DNA of 64,000 nucleotides from Lingula anatina (Eukaryota; Animalia; Brachiopoda): NCBI GenBank assembly GCA_051362555.1, contig CM120649.1, positions 19,668,567 to 19,732,566 of the forward strand, read 5' to 3'. Shown piece by piece: positions 62,789 to 64,000 of this stretch (position 1 is its first letter; each line of letters starts with the position of its first letter). The notes under the pieces were generated by a model. It saw only the letters and a program-made list of their open reading frames with translations, ran no database searches and was not told where the DNA came from. The position numbers and the translations under genes were made by a program.

Positions 62789-64000
62789 ATATTATTTCCC
62801 TAAATCCACACACTTCTATTGCGTGCTTCATCAAGTGTCGGGATGCTTCTCTCATTGCACTGCCTGCTTGTCCATTTAAGAAATATACAGTTTCTTTAAC
62901 GCATGAACATAATTAGCATTTTTTTTTGGGGGGGGGGGGGGTATAATAGTGAAGACTGTAGGCTATACATTAGATAAAACATTTTTTTGTGTTTTAATGT
63001 TTCTCACGATGTTAGAAACACTCCTTGCGCAAAATTATATACGTTAGCGTGTCATGTTATTTGGAAATTAAAAAAGTTTGTGTAAACAGATTAAAAAATG
63101 ACTGACATCATAAATGTTTTACTTTCCACTTACTTTCTGTCAGACTGCTAGCTTATTTTGGTGAAGGAACCAAATAATTGAGCAAAATGAGAAAAAAAGG
63201 TTCTGATACTTTATTTGAAGTGTACTGCGTCAGCATTGAGCAAAATATTACATTGCTACTTTCGAACTTTGCTTCAGAAATTATTTTCAATTGTAATGGA
63301 GATTCTTATGTAACATATAAATCCCTACCGTAGAAATAAAAACAGAAAAGTTTCAGGACCAAAGATACGTGTTTGTCTGGTATTTCTTCCATTGCCTTGA
63401 CTTACGATGTACATGTATTTCTACTTTGTAAACAAATGAAATAAAATAAAATAAAATAATAAAATAAAAAAAATGAATAAAGTTATGCTACTAAAAGAAA
63501 GGCCCGGAGATCTAGGGGACCGTTATTCGCCCGTGTTTTTTAAAATGTTCATAAAAGTCTCATTTATGGCTGAACTCATTTCCTTTACTATATATTTCAT
63601 TAAACGGGGTATTTCGCCACTATAATGGCCAATTAATCCACCTCGATGTTCATTTAAACAAAAAACTTCACAATAAAGTATAAACCACATACCTCATTGG
63701 GAAAACTATTAACACTACGGTTTTTAAGCTTATAATTATTTGTAACCAAAGGAAATTTAAAATGGTTTAGAGATGCGATGATGCTTCCAATAAAGCCTAC
63801 TGTATTGCAAGACAGACGAGGTTGCTAAGTTGTATGGAGTAAGTAAAATCGGCTTATTGAAGTATAACTCAAAAATGAAAATAAGATCTACTGAATTCAC
63901 TATAATTGACAAGTTTTCGACACACGCGAACGCTGAACAGGAATCATCATAGATGATAAATATGTTTATTTCAGTTGTCTACAAAGTCCCAAGGCCTTCC

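Overview
Eukaryotic genomic DNA from an intron-rich metazoan, probably a lophotrochozoan invertebrate. There is no prokaryotic content. Eight protein-coding genes were reconstructed by reading exons and splice sites. The first 41 kb hold three divergent gene pairs, each joining a centriole-duplication gene to a small housekeeping gene: CEP295(-)/SMCO4(+), COMMD2(-)/CEP63-DEUP1(+) and CNTROB(-)/TRAPPC1(+). TRAPPC1 contains a U12 minor intron. Downstream lie a minimal LRP-like receptor (signal peptide, one YWTD propeller, EGF, TM, Tyr/NPxY-rich tail) and a two-exon secreted mytilectin-like beta-trefoil lectin fused to a pore-forming-type domain. Introns and intergenic DNA carry Harbinger-type and hAT-type MITEs, a nested TTAA (Kolobok-like) element, a 5'-truncated LINE, HINE/Helentron-type repeats, a pogo-like relic and an 18S rRNA fragment. 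The most unusual signals are the centriole gene cluster, repeated tandem copying of exon ends with their splice donors in four genes, and an intronic minisatellite antisense to a coding segment of the same gene. All homology calls come from recalled sequence motifs; no database search was run.
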